Positions 37,348-49,995 of a stretch of DNA of 64,000 nt are shown piece by piece. The position numbers and the translations under genes were made by a program. The stretch is from Octopus vulgaris (Eukaryota): assembly GCA_951406725.2 (NCBI GenBank), contig OX597827.1, forward strand, positions 14,322,001 to 14,386,000. Direction: 5' to 3'. Position 1 is the first letter of the stretch, and the number at the start of each line of letters is the position of its first letter. The notes under the pieces are model-generated. The model saw only the letters and a program-made list of their open reading frames with translations. It ran no database searches and was not told the origin of the DNA.

Positions 37348-37782
37348 ATATATACCTCTCAAATGCTGAAGAGATGATAGTCCAGTGACTAGGAAGTGAA
37401 AACAGTAATGAAGAAATGGTTAGTAAACTGAAACCATCATGGAAGCTTGGTAGGACCTTTTCTGCTCTTGGATGGCAGACTTAATCCAACAATTCATTCT
37501 GCAACACCAGTAAACCCTTGGGGCTCTTTAGCAGAGCCAACACTGTTGCACACATTTGAACAGTATCGTTTTAAGACATGTACATATTGGACAGTTGCCT
37601 TGGGTGCCTATGAGTGTAGGGGTTTTATGTTAATCTATGTCTACTGTATGTATATAGATGTACAGAAGCCAATCACACACACAAACATCTCATTCCCTTC
37701 CATATATATATGGAGAGAGAGAGAGAGAGAGAGAGAAAGAGACAGAGACAGACGGACAAAGTTGCCATATTTCCTTCTATAT

Positions 37783-37876
37783 CAGCTAACTCTGATGAGC
37801 ATAAAGCTATATAATCAGTTTGTTACCTAACACACCATTGCATTCTTTACGCGAAACCACCAGGTAAGAACAGCTG
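37783..37876 (+). ncRNA. Type I hammerhead ribozyme, canonical core
   Basis: Stem I CAGCT-AA-CT/AG-AAC-AGCTG; core CTGATGA 37792-37798; stem II GCATAAAG/CTTTACGC (7 of 8 pairs); GAAA 37853-37856; stem III ACC-ACCA-GGT; GUA cleavage triplet ending 37866. Confidence 0.75.
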
Positions 37877-38092
37877 TGACGGAGATTTAATACTATACAT
37901 TTCAAATAATATATACATACATATTGGAAAAATTCTTTGGTATTATTTATTTCTGTATAATTTACTCGGCAAAAAATATTTTCCAGTATTTATCACCTCT
38001 TACACATGTCTCACACAAACATAGCATCTACATGGAGTGGAGTACTGGAATATAAAGTTGTGCTTCATGAGGACACAGTTTTGATTATAAAT

Positions 38093-38170
38093 CTACTTAT
38101 ATATATATATATATTGCATATGTATATATATATATATGTATGTATATATATATATATGTATATATATATG

Positions 38171-38222
<52 letters not shown>

Positions 38223-38357
38223 TGTATATATATATGTATATATATATACATACATATATGTATATATATAAATATATATATACATACATATATGTATATA
38301 TATAAATACATATATATACATACATATATGTATATATATAAATACATATATACATAA

Positions 38358-38392
<35 letters not shown>
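38093..38392. repeat. (TA)n-rich microsatellite
   Basis: Directly visible. Confidence 0.95.
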
Positions 38393-38418
38393 CTTTTGTG
38401 GGAATGATATATCTCAAA

Positions 38419-38577
38419 GCACACACATAAAGCTATAAATAATAGCTTTCAAATATCGGGATGAGAAGCCCTTTTGGACAGGAAAAGTCAAAGGTTGCCC
38501 GCGTGACATTTTTGTATCCAAAAGGGTTTTTCAAACCCAATACTTAAAGGCTATCATTTATAGCTTTAGGCATGTGC
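38419..38577. repeat. Diverged ~60-bp inverted repeat (fold-back)
   Basis: TAAAGCTATAAATAATAGCTTT..AAGCCCTTTTGGA vs TCCAAAAGGGTTT..AAGGCTATCATTTATAGCTTTA. Confidence 0.7.
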
Positions 38578-38995
38578 CTCAGGGTAGATATATTATTCCA
38601 AAGAAGAATTATTTCGTGGTCTCTTGAAAGTTTATAAAATTCTTATGATATCAACAACACGTGTGTGAGTGTGTGTGTTTGGGGGAGGGTGTATTAATAT
38701 GTATGCATAGGAAGGATTAAGATGTTTTGTGTCGTGCACAGAATAGTATATTGTTAATAATAAGTTAATTAGAAGAAATGAAGGAATTGTTCCTTAGTAT
38801 TTGAATATTCACAGGAAATAAAATAAAATAAAATAAAATAAAATAAAATAAATAGATTATTTACACTAATACATTTAAGAATTTTTACTTTATTTAATCT
38901 TATTTTATTTCATTCCATTTCATTTCATTTACTTGGAAAACTTGAAAACTCTGTATATTAATAAACTAAGGAACAATACCTTAATTTCCTCCAAC

Positions 38996-39382
<387 letters not shown>

Positions 39383-39564
39383 TTATATGTATAGGAGCAA
39401 GCATGACTGTGTGATTAAGAAGTTTAGTTCATCACCATGTGGTTTCAGATTCATTCTCAGACTGGAGCATCTTGAACAAGCGTCTCTTACAATAGTTCTG
39501 TGCTAAGCAAAGCATTTTGAGTGAATTTTAGTTGACAGAAACCGACAAAAGCCCTTCATATACA

Positions 39565-39595
<31 letters not shown>

Positions 39596-39642
39596 ATATA
39601 TATATATATATACACACACATACACACACATATATATATATA

Positions 39643-39850
39643 TATGGATCGAAACAGTTTGATATAAACTCCTTGGTACTCTGAGTTTCAAGTGCGCTGC
39701 TAATCTTTGGTCATGAACTCCAATGGTTGAAGATTAGCACCATGCTTGAAACTCAGAGTACCAAGAATTTTGAATCAAACTGTTTTCATCCATACATGCA
39801 ACTTCCAATAAATGTGTTGCATGCCCCGCTTTTGTTTGTCTACTCACTCC
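39643..39850. mobile_element. Penelope-like fold-back element with two degenerate minimal hammerhead motifs
   Basis: Inverted repeat 39643-39713/39723-39794; + strand TGG-TTGAAGA-TTAGCACCATGCTT-GAAAC-TCAGA-GTA-CCA; (TA)n flanks. Confidence 0.6.
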
Positions 39851-39951
39851 TATATATATGTGTGTATATATATATACACATTTCTGTAAATAATAATTAA
39901 AGGCTTATATATATATATATACATTTCTGTAAATAATAATAATTAAAAGCT

Positions 39952-39982
<31 letters not shown>

Positions 39983-39989
39983 ATTGCAT

Positions 39990-40500
39990 AAATCATATAG
40001 TTTTTATTCAATTAAAAGAAGAAAAGAAAGTGGAGATAAGGAAGTTAACAATTATTTATTATTAACAAATTGGTCATCTTCTCTCCTTACAGCCGTTTCA
40101 GTCAATACTCGATACTTTAATTACAAATTTGTACATTTCAGTCAGGTGAAATCAACTAATAGATCCATACATAACATCCCAAGGTACATCTTTTTATTTT
40201 TTTTACCTCTGATGAAATTACGCTCATCTCACATAAATGCAAATTTAATGTACAAATATGTAATTAAATTATTGAGTATTAATTGAAACTGCTGTAAGAA
40301 GCAAGGATGACCAATTTATTAATAGTAAATAATTGTTAACTTCCTTATTTCCATTTTCTTTTCTTCTTTTAACTGGATATAAACTATATGCTTAATATAT
40401 ACCTATTGTTTTAAGGGAATTTCATTCCCTAACAATACTAGGTATTGAACCGGTATTTCCTTGGATGCAATCATCCCTTCATGAGGTTAGTATGTCCTCC
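39990..40500. mobile_element. Penelope-like fold-back element
   Basis: ~140-bp diverged inverted repeat ~39997-40137/40247-40389, adjacent to (TA)n; contains a hammerhead motif. Confidence 0.6.
40206..40299 (+). ncRNA. Type I hammerhead ribozyme motif with long stem II
   Basis: CT-CTGATGA (40209-40215), AATTA...TAATT, GAAAC (40285-40289), TGCT, GTA (40294-40296), AG; stem I is short or eroded. Confidence 0.6.
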
Positions 40501-41201
40501 AATTAAATTTTTGTATATATAAGCCTTAGTTTGCTTCAGTCATTAGACTGTGATCATGTTCATGTTCTTTTATTCTTTTACTTCTTGGAGTCATTTGATT
40601 GTGGCCATGCTTGAGCACTGCCTTGAAGGGTTTTAGTCAAATAAATCAACCTCAGGACTTAGTCTATAAGTCTTTTTTTGTTGAACCGCTAAGTTATGGA
40701 GACATAAACACACCAATACCAGTTATCAAGCAGTGGTGGGGGTACAAGCATAGACAGAAAGATACACACACACACACACATACATGCATACACATATATA
40801 CATGACAGGTGTCTTTCAGTTTCCATCTACGGAATCCACTCATGAGGCTTTGATCCACTCATGGTGCCATACAGTGGGACTGAACCCGGAACCATATGGT
40901 TGGGAAACAAGCTTCTTACCACACACCCATGTGAGCTACCAAAAATTCCGTGCTTTCGATAAAACAATGGTCAAATGAGCGCGTAATAGCATGCTGTGTA
41001 TCAGATAATCATTCAGACAAAATCATGAATGATTGCCTGACACACAATACACTATAGAAGCTTACTTGCCAATTATATTATCAGAGGCATGAAACTTATA
41101 GCAACTCACATTTAAATCCCGTGTATATCACATGGTATTTATCCCTCTCTGGATGAAGTAGGTTGTTTCTGAGTCCACCAACAGTTAAAAAGTACGCCAT
41201 A

Positions 41202-41254
<53 letters not shown>

Positions 41255-41259
<5 letters not shown>

Positions 41260-41488
41260 ATCCCTCGACTATTGCGGGTGTTACTTTCCAAAACCCTGAT
41301 GTGATAGACGAAAATCCATGAAGCAAAAACAGTACTGTATATCCTTTTTTTATTATTTTTATGATTTGTATATATTTATTCTATTATAAATTCAAAACAA
41401 CACCACAGAGAGATAAACATAAGCTTAAATAAGAAACTGCAATAGGTGAACCGAGATAAGTGAACCACAATATGGCGAGGGGTTACTA
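41255..41488. mobile_element. Tc1/mariner (Tigger/pogo-like) MITE inserted in (TA)n
   Basis: TIRs TAGTAATCCCTCG / CGAGGGGTTACTA with TA repeats on both sides. Confidence 0.7.
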
Positions 41489-41863
41489 TATATATATATA
41501 TATATGTGCGTGTTTGTGTGTGTGTGTGTGTGTGTGTATTCTATTACTTGTTTCAGTCATTTGACTGTAACCATGCTGGAGCACTGCCTCGGAGGACTTT
41601 AGTCGAACTAATCAACCAAGGACTTGTTTTTTAAGCCTAGTATTTATTCTATCAGACTCTTTTGCTGAACCACTAAGTTACAGGGATGTAAACACACCAA
41701 CACTGATTGTCCAATGGTGTTGGGTGACAAACTCAGACACAAAGACACACACCCACACACAATAAAAATAAGAAAGAAGTGGAAATTTTACCGGTGAGTG
41801 TGTTACATTATAAGGCCCAAAAAGAAAATGTCTCTCCCCAGACACAACAGAATATGCTTTAAC

Positions 41864-42214
41864 ACACAAACTCATATAAAGAATCTTGCAAACCGAATCC
41901 AAAAACGAAAAATTGGCACGTAAAAAGAGCTATCCGAATCGTGGCCGATGCCAGCCAGCATCGCCTTGACTGGCTTCCATGCCGGTGGCACGTAAAAAGC
42001 ACCATCCGAATCATGGCCGATGCCAGTGCCACCTCGACTGGCTTCTGTGCCGTGGCACATAAAATGCACCAATCCGATCGTGGCCATTGCCAGCTGTAGA
42101 AACACTGCCAGATCAGACTGGGCCTGGTGCAGCCTTCTGGCTGCCCAGATCCCCGGTCGAACCGTCCAACCCATACTACCATGGAGAATGGACGTTAAAC
42201 GATGATGATGATGA

Positions 42215-42218
<4 letters not shown>
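41864..42218 (+). mobile_element. SINE-like family C
   Basis: Three GGCAC(G/A)TAAAA modules, then GGACGTTAAAC(GAT)n. Confidence 0.85.
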
Positions 42219-42258
<40 letters not shown>

Positions 42259-42483
42259 TAATGGGCTTCTTTCAGTTTCCGTCTACTAAATCCACTCACA
42301 AGGCTTTGGTTGGCTTGAAAGCTATAGTAGAAGGTACTTGTCCAAAGTACCATTCAGTTGGGAAGCAAGTTTCTTACCACACAGCCATGCTGGCAACTAT
42401 ACATATATATATATATAAATATATACGCACGTGTGTGTGTGTGTATGTATGCATATGCCTATGCATGTCTGTATATGTATATA

Positions 42484-42899
42484 AGGCGGCGAGCTGGCAG
42501 AAACGTTGGCACGCTGGGCGAAATGCATAGCCGTATTACGTCTGCCGTTACGCTCTGAGTTCAAATTCCGCCGAGGTCGACTTTGCCTTTCATTCTTTCG
42601 GGGTCGATTAAAGAAGTACCAGTTACGCACTGGGGTCGATGTAATCGACTTAATCAGTGTGTCTGTCTTTGTTTGTTCCCTCTGAGTTTAGCCCCTTGTG
42701 GGTAGTAAAGAAATACGTATTTCTTCTGCCATTACGTTGTGAGTTCAAATTCCGCCGAGGTCGACTTTGCCTTTCATCCTTTCGGGGTCGATTAAAGAAG
42801 TACCAGTTACGCACTGGGGTCGATGTAATCGACTTAATCAGTGTGTCTGTCTTTGTTTGTCCACTCTGAGTTTAGCCCTTTGTGGGTAGTAAAGAAATA
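42484..42899 (+). mobile_element. SINE family B, tandem dimer
   Basis: Body 42533-42714 repeated almost exactly at 42716-42899. Confidence 0.9.
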
Positions 42900-43464
42900 T
42901 GTATACGTATGTATATATATGAGTGTTTGTGTATATTTATGTATGTATATGACTTTGTGTATGCTAGTGTAAAATAGGGTTGCTTTGTGTTCCACCACTT
43001 CACTAGGTATCTTAGCTATTCAGCAGAAAACAAATCATACTCGAGTTGATATGTGCTTCTAAAGCCCTTGAAGGCAGTGCTCCTGCATGGGCGTAGTCCA
43101 ATGATTGATTCCAGCAAAATAATTAAAAATTAAAGTAATGGTAGTGAATGATGGCAACGCATTGGTTAAGAAAGATACCGATAGCAACATAGTCATAATT
43201 ATCGGTGCTAATGATATAAATGGGGATTGAGGCAGTGATGACAGTGTAGACGTAGTGACAGTCATCGTGATGACAGTGTGGTGGTGGTGGTGGTGGTGGA
43301 AGCTTCAGTGGTGATGGTGCCAGCCTCATATCATGATTGTAAAGATTAGTGTATTAATCTAATAACACTATCATTCATTCGACACCTTCACATAATAACA
43401 TGCTGTTAAGAAAAGATTTGCTTATGTCTGGTGATGTTTCCCTGGTGCTGCTGAAACTGTCGAC

Positions 43465-44613
43465 ATTGATGATGATGGAGATGACGATGATGATGATGAT
43501 TAAGATGATGCTGATGACGATGATGATGATTAAGATGATGATGATGACGATGATGGAGATGACGATGATGATGATTAAGATGATGATGATGACGATGATA
43601 ATGATGATGATGACGATGATGATGATGACGATGATGATGATGACAATGATGATGATGATGATGATGGAGATGACGATGATGATGATTAAAATGATGATGA
43701 TTAAGATGATGATGATAACGATGATAATGATGATGATGACGATGATGATGATGACGATGATGATGATGACAATGATGATGATGATGGTGATGGAGATGAC
43801 GATGATGATGATGATTAAGATGATGCTGATGACGATGATGATGATTAAGATGATGATGATGACGATGATGGAGATGACGATGATGATGATTAAGATGATG
43901 ATGATGACGATGATAATGATGATGATGACGATGATGATGATGACGATGATGATGATGACAATGATGATGATGATGATGATGGAGATGACGATGATGATGA
44001 TTAAAATGATGATGATTAAGATGATGATGATGACGATGATGATGATGACGATGATGATGATACGATGCTGCTGATGATTATAACCGACTGATGTTGACAA
44101 TAATGATGAGGAGGCGAATGACAACAATGATGATGATGAGGAGTATATAGACAATGATAGACACAATGGGGATGATGATGGTGGTGATGATGATGATGAT
44201 GATGAAGAGGAGGAGGAGGCCAATGGCTGTAAGTTATCAAGATGAAGATGATGATGATGATGAGCAGGAGGAGGCCAATGGCAGTAAGTTATGAAGGTGA
44301 TGATGATGAGGAGGAGGAGGCCAAAGAGAAGGATGATGAGGAGACCAATGGCAGTAAGTTATGAGGATGGCAATGGTGTAAATGATGATGATGATGATAA
44401 AGTAACGATGGCAGTGGCGATGTTGAAGCTGTCAGGGGCGGAGGCGTTGATGCCAGCGACATTGATGCTAATGGTGAATGGTAGCAATAACGATGACAGT
44501 GGTGATGGTGGTGGTGGTGGTGGTGGTGGTGTGGTGGTGATGTGGTGATGATGATGATGGTGATGTGGTGGTGGTGGTGGTGGTGGTGGTGATGGTAGTG
44601 ATGCTGGTGGTGG

Positions 44614-44644
<31 letters not shown>

Positions 44645-45856
44645 GGTGGTGGTGGTGGTGGTGATGGTAGTGATGCTGGTGGTGGTGATGATGATGATGA
44701 TGGTAGTGGTGGTGGTGGTGGTGGTGGTGGTGGTGGTGGTGGTGGTGATGGTAGTGATGCTGGTGGTGGTGGTGGTGGTGGTGGTAGTGATGGTGGTGGT
44801 GATGCTGATGCTGATGGTGGTGATGGTGGTGATGCTGATGCTGATTGTGGTGATGGTGGTGATGGTGGTGGTGGTGGTGATGTGATGATTGTGGTGGTGG
44901 TGGTGGTGGTGGTGGTGGTGACGGTAGTGATGCTGGTGGTGGTGATGGTGATGCTGATGCTGCTGATGGTGGTGGTGGTGGTGGTGGTGATGCTGATGCT
45001 GATGCTGCTGATGGTAGTGATGTTGATGGTGGTGGTGGCGGTGGTGGTGATGGTGATGCTGGTGGTGGTGGTGGTGGTGGTGGTGGTGGTGGTGGTGGTG
45101 GTGGTGGTGACAGCGGTGGCGTGGAAAGAATTGACTAATCTACCAACAATAACATTTGACATCAGCCTGAAATAATTACAAGCTGGAAATGGTAAGCAAT
45201 GACAATGTGATTAAAGATTTCAGCATTAGTGTCACTGGAAGTGATGATGAGGAGAGAAGAGAGGCGGAGGAGGAGAGAGGCGGGGGGTAGAGGTGCAAGG
45301 TGTGCAGTCAGATTGTGTTGGGTGCGTGGAGGCTGAGCGGGGCGGGGGGGGGGGCGATGAGGAGAACCTGTGATAATGGCAGCAATGATAACAGCAATGA
45401 TCAGCCAGATGTTGACAGCTGTCTCAAATCAGGAAAAGAGAAACGGGGGGAGGGGAGGTGGGGGGAGAGTGGGGTGGGAGAGAAAGAAGCGGAGGCGGGG
45501 AGGAGGAGGAGGAAAGAAATGGTTGGGAACGACGGTGTGCCATCGTGGCGCGGGGAGCGAGCGAGGGGGAGATGTTCGTGTAGCTTTACTAACGGTGAGA
45601 GTGATGGAGAAGCTTTATATTGGGTTAATGGACTGTGGTGATGATGGTGATGATGGTGGTGGTGGTGGTGGTGGTGGTGGATGTGGTGGTGGTGGTGGTG
45701 ATGATGATTATGGTGTTGATTATTATTATCATCATCATGTTTGTGATAAGAAGAATGAAGAGGAGACATTCCGGCACAGAATAAAAGAGTGTCGTGGAGG
45801 TGGAGGGAGTAATAGGATAGAAAGTAGAGCTGACAATATTAAAATGATGATGATGG

Positions 45857-45887
<31 letters not shown>

Positions 45888-46010
45888 GATGATGATGACG
45901 GCGACGATGACAATGATGGTGGCAATGATGAATATTGCTGTTGATGAAAATGAAGATGACGATGATGATGATGATGATGAAGATGAAAATGATGATGATG
46001 ATGATGAGGT
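43465..46010. repeat. Long (GAT)n/(GGT)n low-complexity region with higher-order periodicity
   Basis: Directly visible; a ~315-bp block recurs (43477 and 43792); a GA-rich non-trinucleotide island lies at ~45120-45640. Confidence 0.92.
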
Positions 46011-46442
46011 ATAACTATTGCATTGAGAGAGACAAACAGACAAAGAGAGAAAGGGAAAGCAATAGACAAATTTCAAAAATTTTCACACTTTTCGAAATAT
46101 CATCACTCTAATACAGATATCATCACACTACAGCAGTTATAGATGAGCATAAATTTATCGATATCAGTAATATATAGATTGTCATGGAACAGTATCGAAT
46201 ATAGTTATATACATACATATATATATATTAGCATACAGTTGTGATATCACTTGCAGTATAGATCGTTATAGAGATACAGATATTGCTTTAGTACACACAC
46301 ACACACACACACACATACACATGCTCATGCATGATCACTGAAATTAGCTAACTTCAGAATTAAAGGTATCACAATGTTATAATGTAAAATTGGAATATCT
46401 CGACTGCAGGAATCAGTATAGCATCATAGATATTACTGTAGC

Positions 46443-46478
<36 letters not shown>

Positions 46479-46738
46479 TTAAAATAACAAGGGTGAAAAA
46501 TTGAATATTAATTTGATAAATATCAATTTAAAACCAGTGGTATAGCATACTAAAATCTGAAGATTCAGAAAAATTATATTACATACATATAAGAGGGATG
46601 ACCACTAAGCGAACATCCATTATGCTAGAAGTAGATCAGCTATGGTCTTACCACTAAGAAAGGAATGTTCTCAAGAAAATTTAGCAAACACCAGAACGTA
46701 AGCGAGTAAGACAAATGAAAAGAAACAAAATACAGATT

Positions 46739-46799
46739 AATCATGAACTAGTTTCGCTATTAACACTTACGTAATTGTCAGTAGCTCTTCAGTATGATT
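46739..46799 (-). ncRNA. Minimal type I hammerhead ribozyme motif
   Basis: Minus strand AATCATA-CTGAAGA-GCTA-CTGACAATTACGTAAGTGTTAA-TAGC-GAAA-CTAG-TT-CATGATT: canonical core, 4-bp stem II plus extension, palindromic stem III (AACTAGTT), stem I AATCAT/ATGATT. Confidence 0.7.
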
Positions 46800-47133
46800 G
46801 TCATTGCAAATATAATTTGCAGAACTATACACAAAACTGTATAAAGGTGCAGAACGTTGTTTTGAAACTAAATGGCTTCAGCTTCAAACCTATTGTGTGC
46901 CAGCTTGAGCAAGTGTCTTCTACGATAATGCTGAACCAACTAATTGTATAGATGGAAACTGTTTGAAAGCCTATTGCACACACACACACACACACATATA
47001 TGTATTCAATTATGAATTAAAAGCAGAGCTAGTGTTGTAAACACGATCAACTGCACATATTCAGTGTGTGTTTCACTTGTTCACCAGTTCACTGTAGTAT
47101 AGCACTTGAGAGAGTATACGTGTGTGTGTGTGT

Positions 47134-47166
<33 letters not shown>

Positions 47167-47666
47167 AGTGTGTGAGTGTGAGTGTGTGTGTGCATTTTTG
47201 CTTATGTTTGTCCACCATCCCTGCCATTTGGTAACCAGTTGGAGGGGGGTTGTTTACATCCCTGTGACTTAGCGGTCCAGCAAAAGAGACCAATGGAATA
47301 AGTACCAGTGTTAAAAATAAGACATGTACTGAACTCAAATTGTTGATGCAAACCCTTCAAGGCAATGCTGTAGCATGGCCACTGTGAAATAACTGAAATA
47401 AGTGAAAGATAAAAGATAGTATAAAAGTAAATAGCAAATTAAAACACTTTTCATCTCTAACGACGAGGTTAATTGTTTGAAAAATGCTAATTATTGTATA
47501 TTATTGCATCTTTCATCTGTGCTAAAGTTCAAATTACAATATAGGATCAATATACTATTGATATGTGAAGGCACGTGGTTAAGTGGTTAAGATAGTTGGC
47601 TCATGATCATAAGGCCGTGAGTTCAATACACAGCAGAGCATTGTGTCCTTGAGTAAGACACTTTAT

Positions 47667-47824
47667 CTGTGTGGTAAGTAGCTTGCTTACCAACCACATG
47701 GTTCCGGGTTCAGTCCCACTGTGTGGCATCTTGGGCAAGTGTCTTCTGCTATAGCCCCGGGCCGACCAATGCCTTGTGAGTGGATTTGGTAGACGGAAAC
47801 TGAAAGAAGCCTGTCGTATATATG

Positions 47825-47859
<35 letters not shown>

Positions 47860-48070
47860 TTGTGTGTCTGTGTTTGTCCCCCTAGCATTGCTTGACAACT
47901 GATGCTGGTGTGTTTACATCCCCGTCACTTAGCGGTTCGGCAAAAGAGACCGATAGAATAAGTACTGGGCTTACAAAAGAATAAGTCCCGGGGTCGATTT
48001 GCTCGACTAAAGGCGGTGTTCCAGCATGGCCGCAGTCAAATGACTGAAACAAGTAAAAGAGTAAAAGAGA
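47667..48070 (+). mobile_element. SINE family A joined to a family E-type head (~47568-47666)
   Basis: Family A consensus from TGTGTGGTAAGTAGC to the GTAAAAGA tail. Confidence 0.88.
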
Positions 48071-48549
48071 GAGAGAGAGCACCTGTATTTCAAACCATTT
48101 CTTCCCCCCTCCCCCAACTTCTCCCTCCAGCCCCTTCCTCTCCGTTCTCTTTTCTTGATTTGAGACAGCTGTCAACATCTGTTATCGTTGCTGCCATTAT
48201 CACAGGCTCTCCCCTATAGCTCCCCGCTCAGCCACTCAGCCACCATGCACCCAACATAATCCGACTGCACTCCTTGCACCTTTACTCCCTCCACCTTTCT
48301 CCCTGAATCTCCCTGAGAACTATGTTGAGGGTATGCGCGTTTGTGAAGCACTCAGCCACTTGCGCATTAATTTCACGAGCAGGCTGTTCCAGGGATTGGA
48401 TCAAATGGAATCCGTATCATCATAACTGACGGAGTTCCACTATCGACATGTCATATGTGCAGGCAATACTGTGAGATTAAGAAATTAGCTTCCCACTTTC
48501 ATAGCTTTCGGGTTGAGCCCTGTTCTGTGGTACCTTACACAAGTGTCTT

Positions 48550-48939
48550 CAGTGGAGGTGCAATGGCCCAGTGGTTAGGGCAGCGGACTCGTGGTCGGAA
48601 AATCGAGGTTTCGATTCCCAGACCGGGCATTGTGAGTGTTTATTGAGCGAAAACACCTAAAGCTCCACGAGGCTCCGGCAGGGGGTGGTGGTGAACCCTG
48701 CTGTACTCTTTCACCACAACTTTCTCTTGCTCTTTCTTCCTGTTTCTCTTGTACCTGTATTTCAAAGGGCCAGCCTTGTCACACTCTGTGTCATGCTGAA
48801 TCTCCTCGAGAATTACGTTAAGGGTACACGTGTCTGTGGAGTGCTCAGCCACTTACACGTTAATATCATGAGCAAGCTGTTCTGTTGATCGTATCAGCTG
48901 GGACCCTCATCGTCGCAACCGACAGAGTGCTCCTATATC
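48550..48939 (+). mobile_element. SINE family D (tRNA-derived), inserted in an old SINE A
   Basis: A-box TGGCCCAGTGG, B-box GGTTTCGATTCC; 14-bp TSD TACACAAGTGTCTT at 48536-48549 and 48940-48953; sister copy at 55853. Confidence 0.9.
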
Positions 48940-49469
48940 TACACAAGTGTCTTTTATTACAAATTAAGGCTTCCCTATGCTTTCAGAGCAGATTTAACAA
49001 ATGGAAACTGTAAGAGAATGTTGTAAACTGCTGAACAGAGAACAGTGGAAGGGAAACCCGGTTTGAAATAAACCTGCAGTGCAAATTCTTTCAGTGATCT
49101 TCATGGCCACGTGGGAAAAACCACAATTCAGGGAAATAAGATTGCCTGAAGGTTCACAGTTCAAACCCCATGAAAGACGGAAATTCGAAAATAGCAGAGG
49201 GACACCTAAGAGTCATGACCAGGGAGGGATTGGTTCCTTTAGGGCGTCAGCAACTAAGAGGCCAAAACACTAGCTAAACAGAAGTGCTTCTGAAGATTTC
49301 TCTTAGCATCTGCTTGTCCCGTAGCAAGTGTCTGCTTACTATATCTTACTTATTTTGCTTACTATATCTACTGTCCCCACAAAAAACACAGTAAATCAAC
49401 TTACTATGTTTTGTCGTAGAATGGATATTTGAATTCCTTAGGATGATGCTTCATACATACAAGTGATAT

Positions 49470-49492
49470 GATCACCATCATCTTCATCATTC

Positions 49493-49541
<49 letters not shown>

Positions 49542-49564
49542 TCTCACCATCATCTTCATCATTC

Positions 49565-49598
<34 letters not shown>

Positions 49599-49627
49599 TC
49601 TCATCATCATCATCATCTTCATCATTC

Positions 49628-49658
<31 letters not shown>

Positions 49659-49848
49659 TCTCATCATCATCATCATCTTCATCATTCTCATCATCATCAT
49701 CATCATCATCATCATTCTCATCATCATCATCATCATCATCATCATCACCATCATCATCATTGTCACCATCATCCTCATCATCCTCATCATCATCTCATCA
49801 TCATCATCATCATCATCATTCTCATCATCATCATCATCTTCATCATTC

Positions 49849-49882
<34 letters not shown>

Positions 49883-49911
49883 TCTCATCATCATCATCAT
49901 CTTCATCATTC

Positions 49912-49942
<31 letters not shown>

Positions 49943-49944
49943 TC

Positions 49945-49977
<33 letters not shown>

Positions 49978-49995
49978 CCACCACCACCACCACCG
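49470..49995. repeat. (CAT)n array with periodic TTC/CTT interruptions
   Basis: Directly visible. Confidence 0.95.

Noticed and set aside
44359-45162. Extensin/mucin-like Pro/Thr-rich ORF
   Set aside because: Antisense reading of (GGT)n/(GAT)n repeats.
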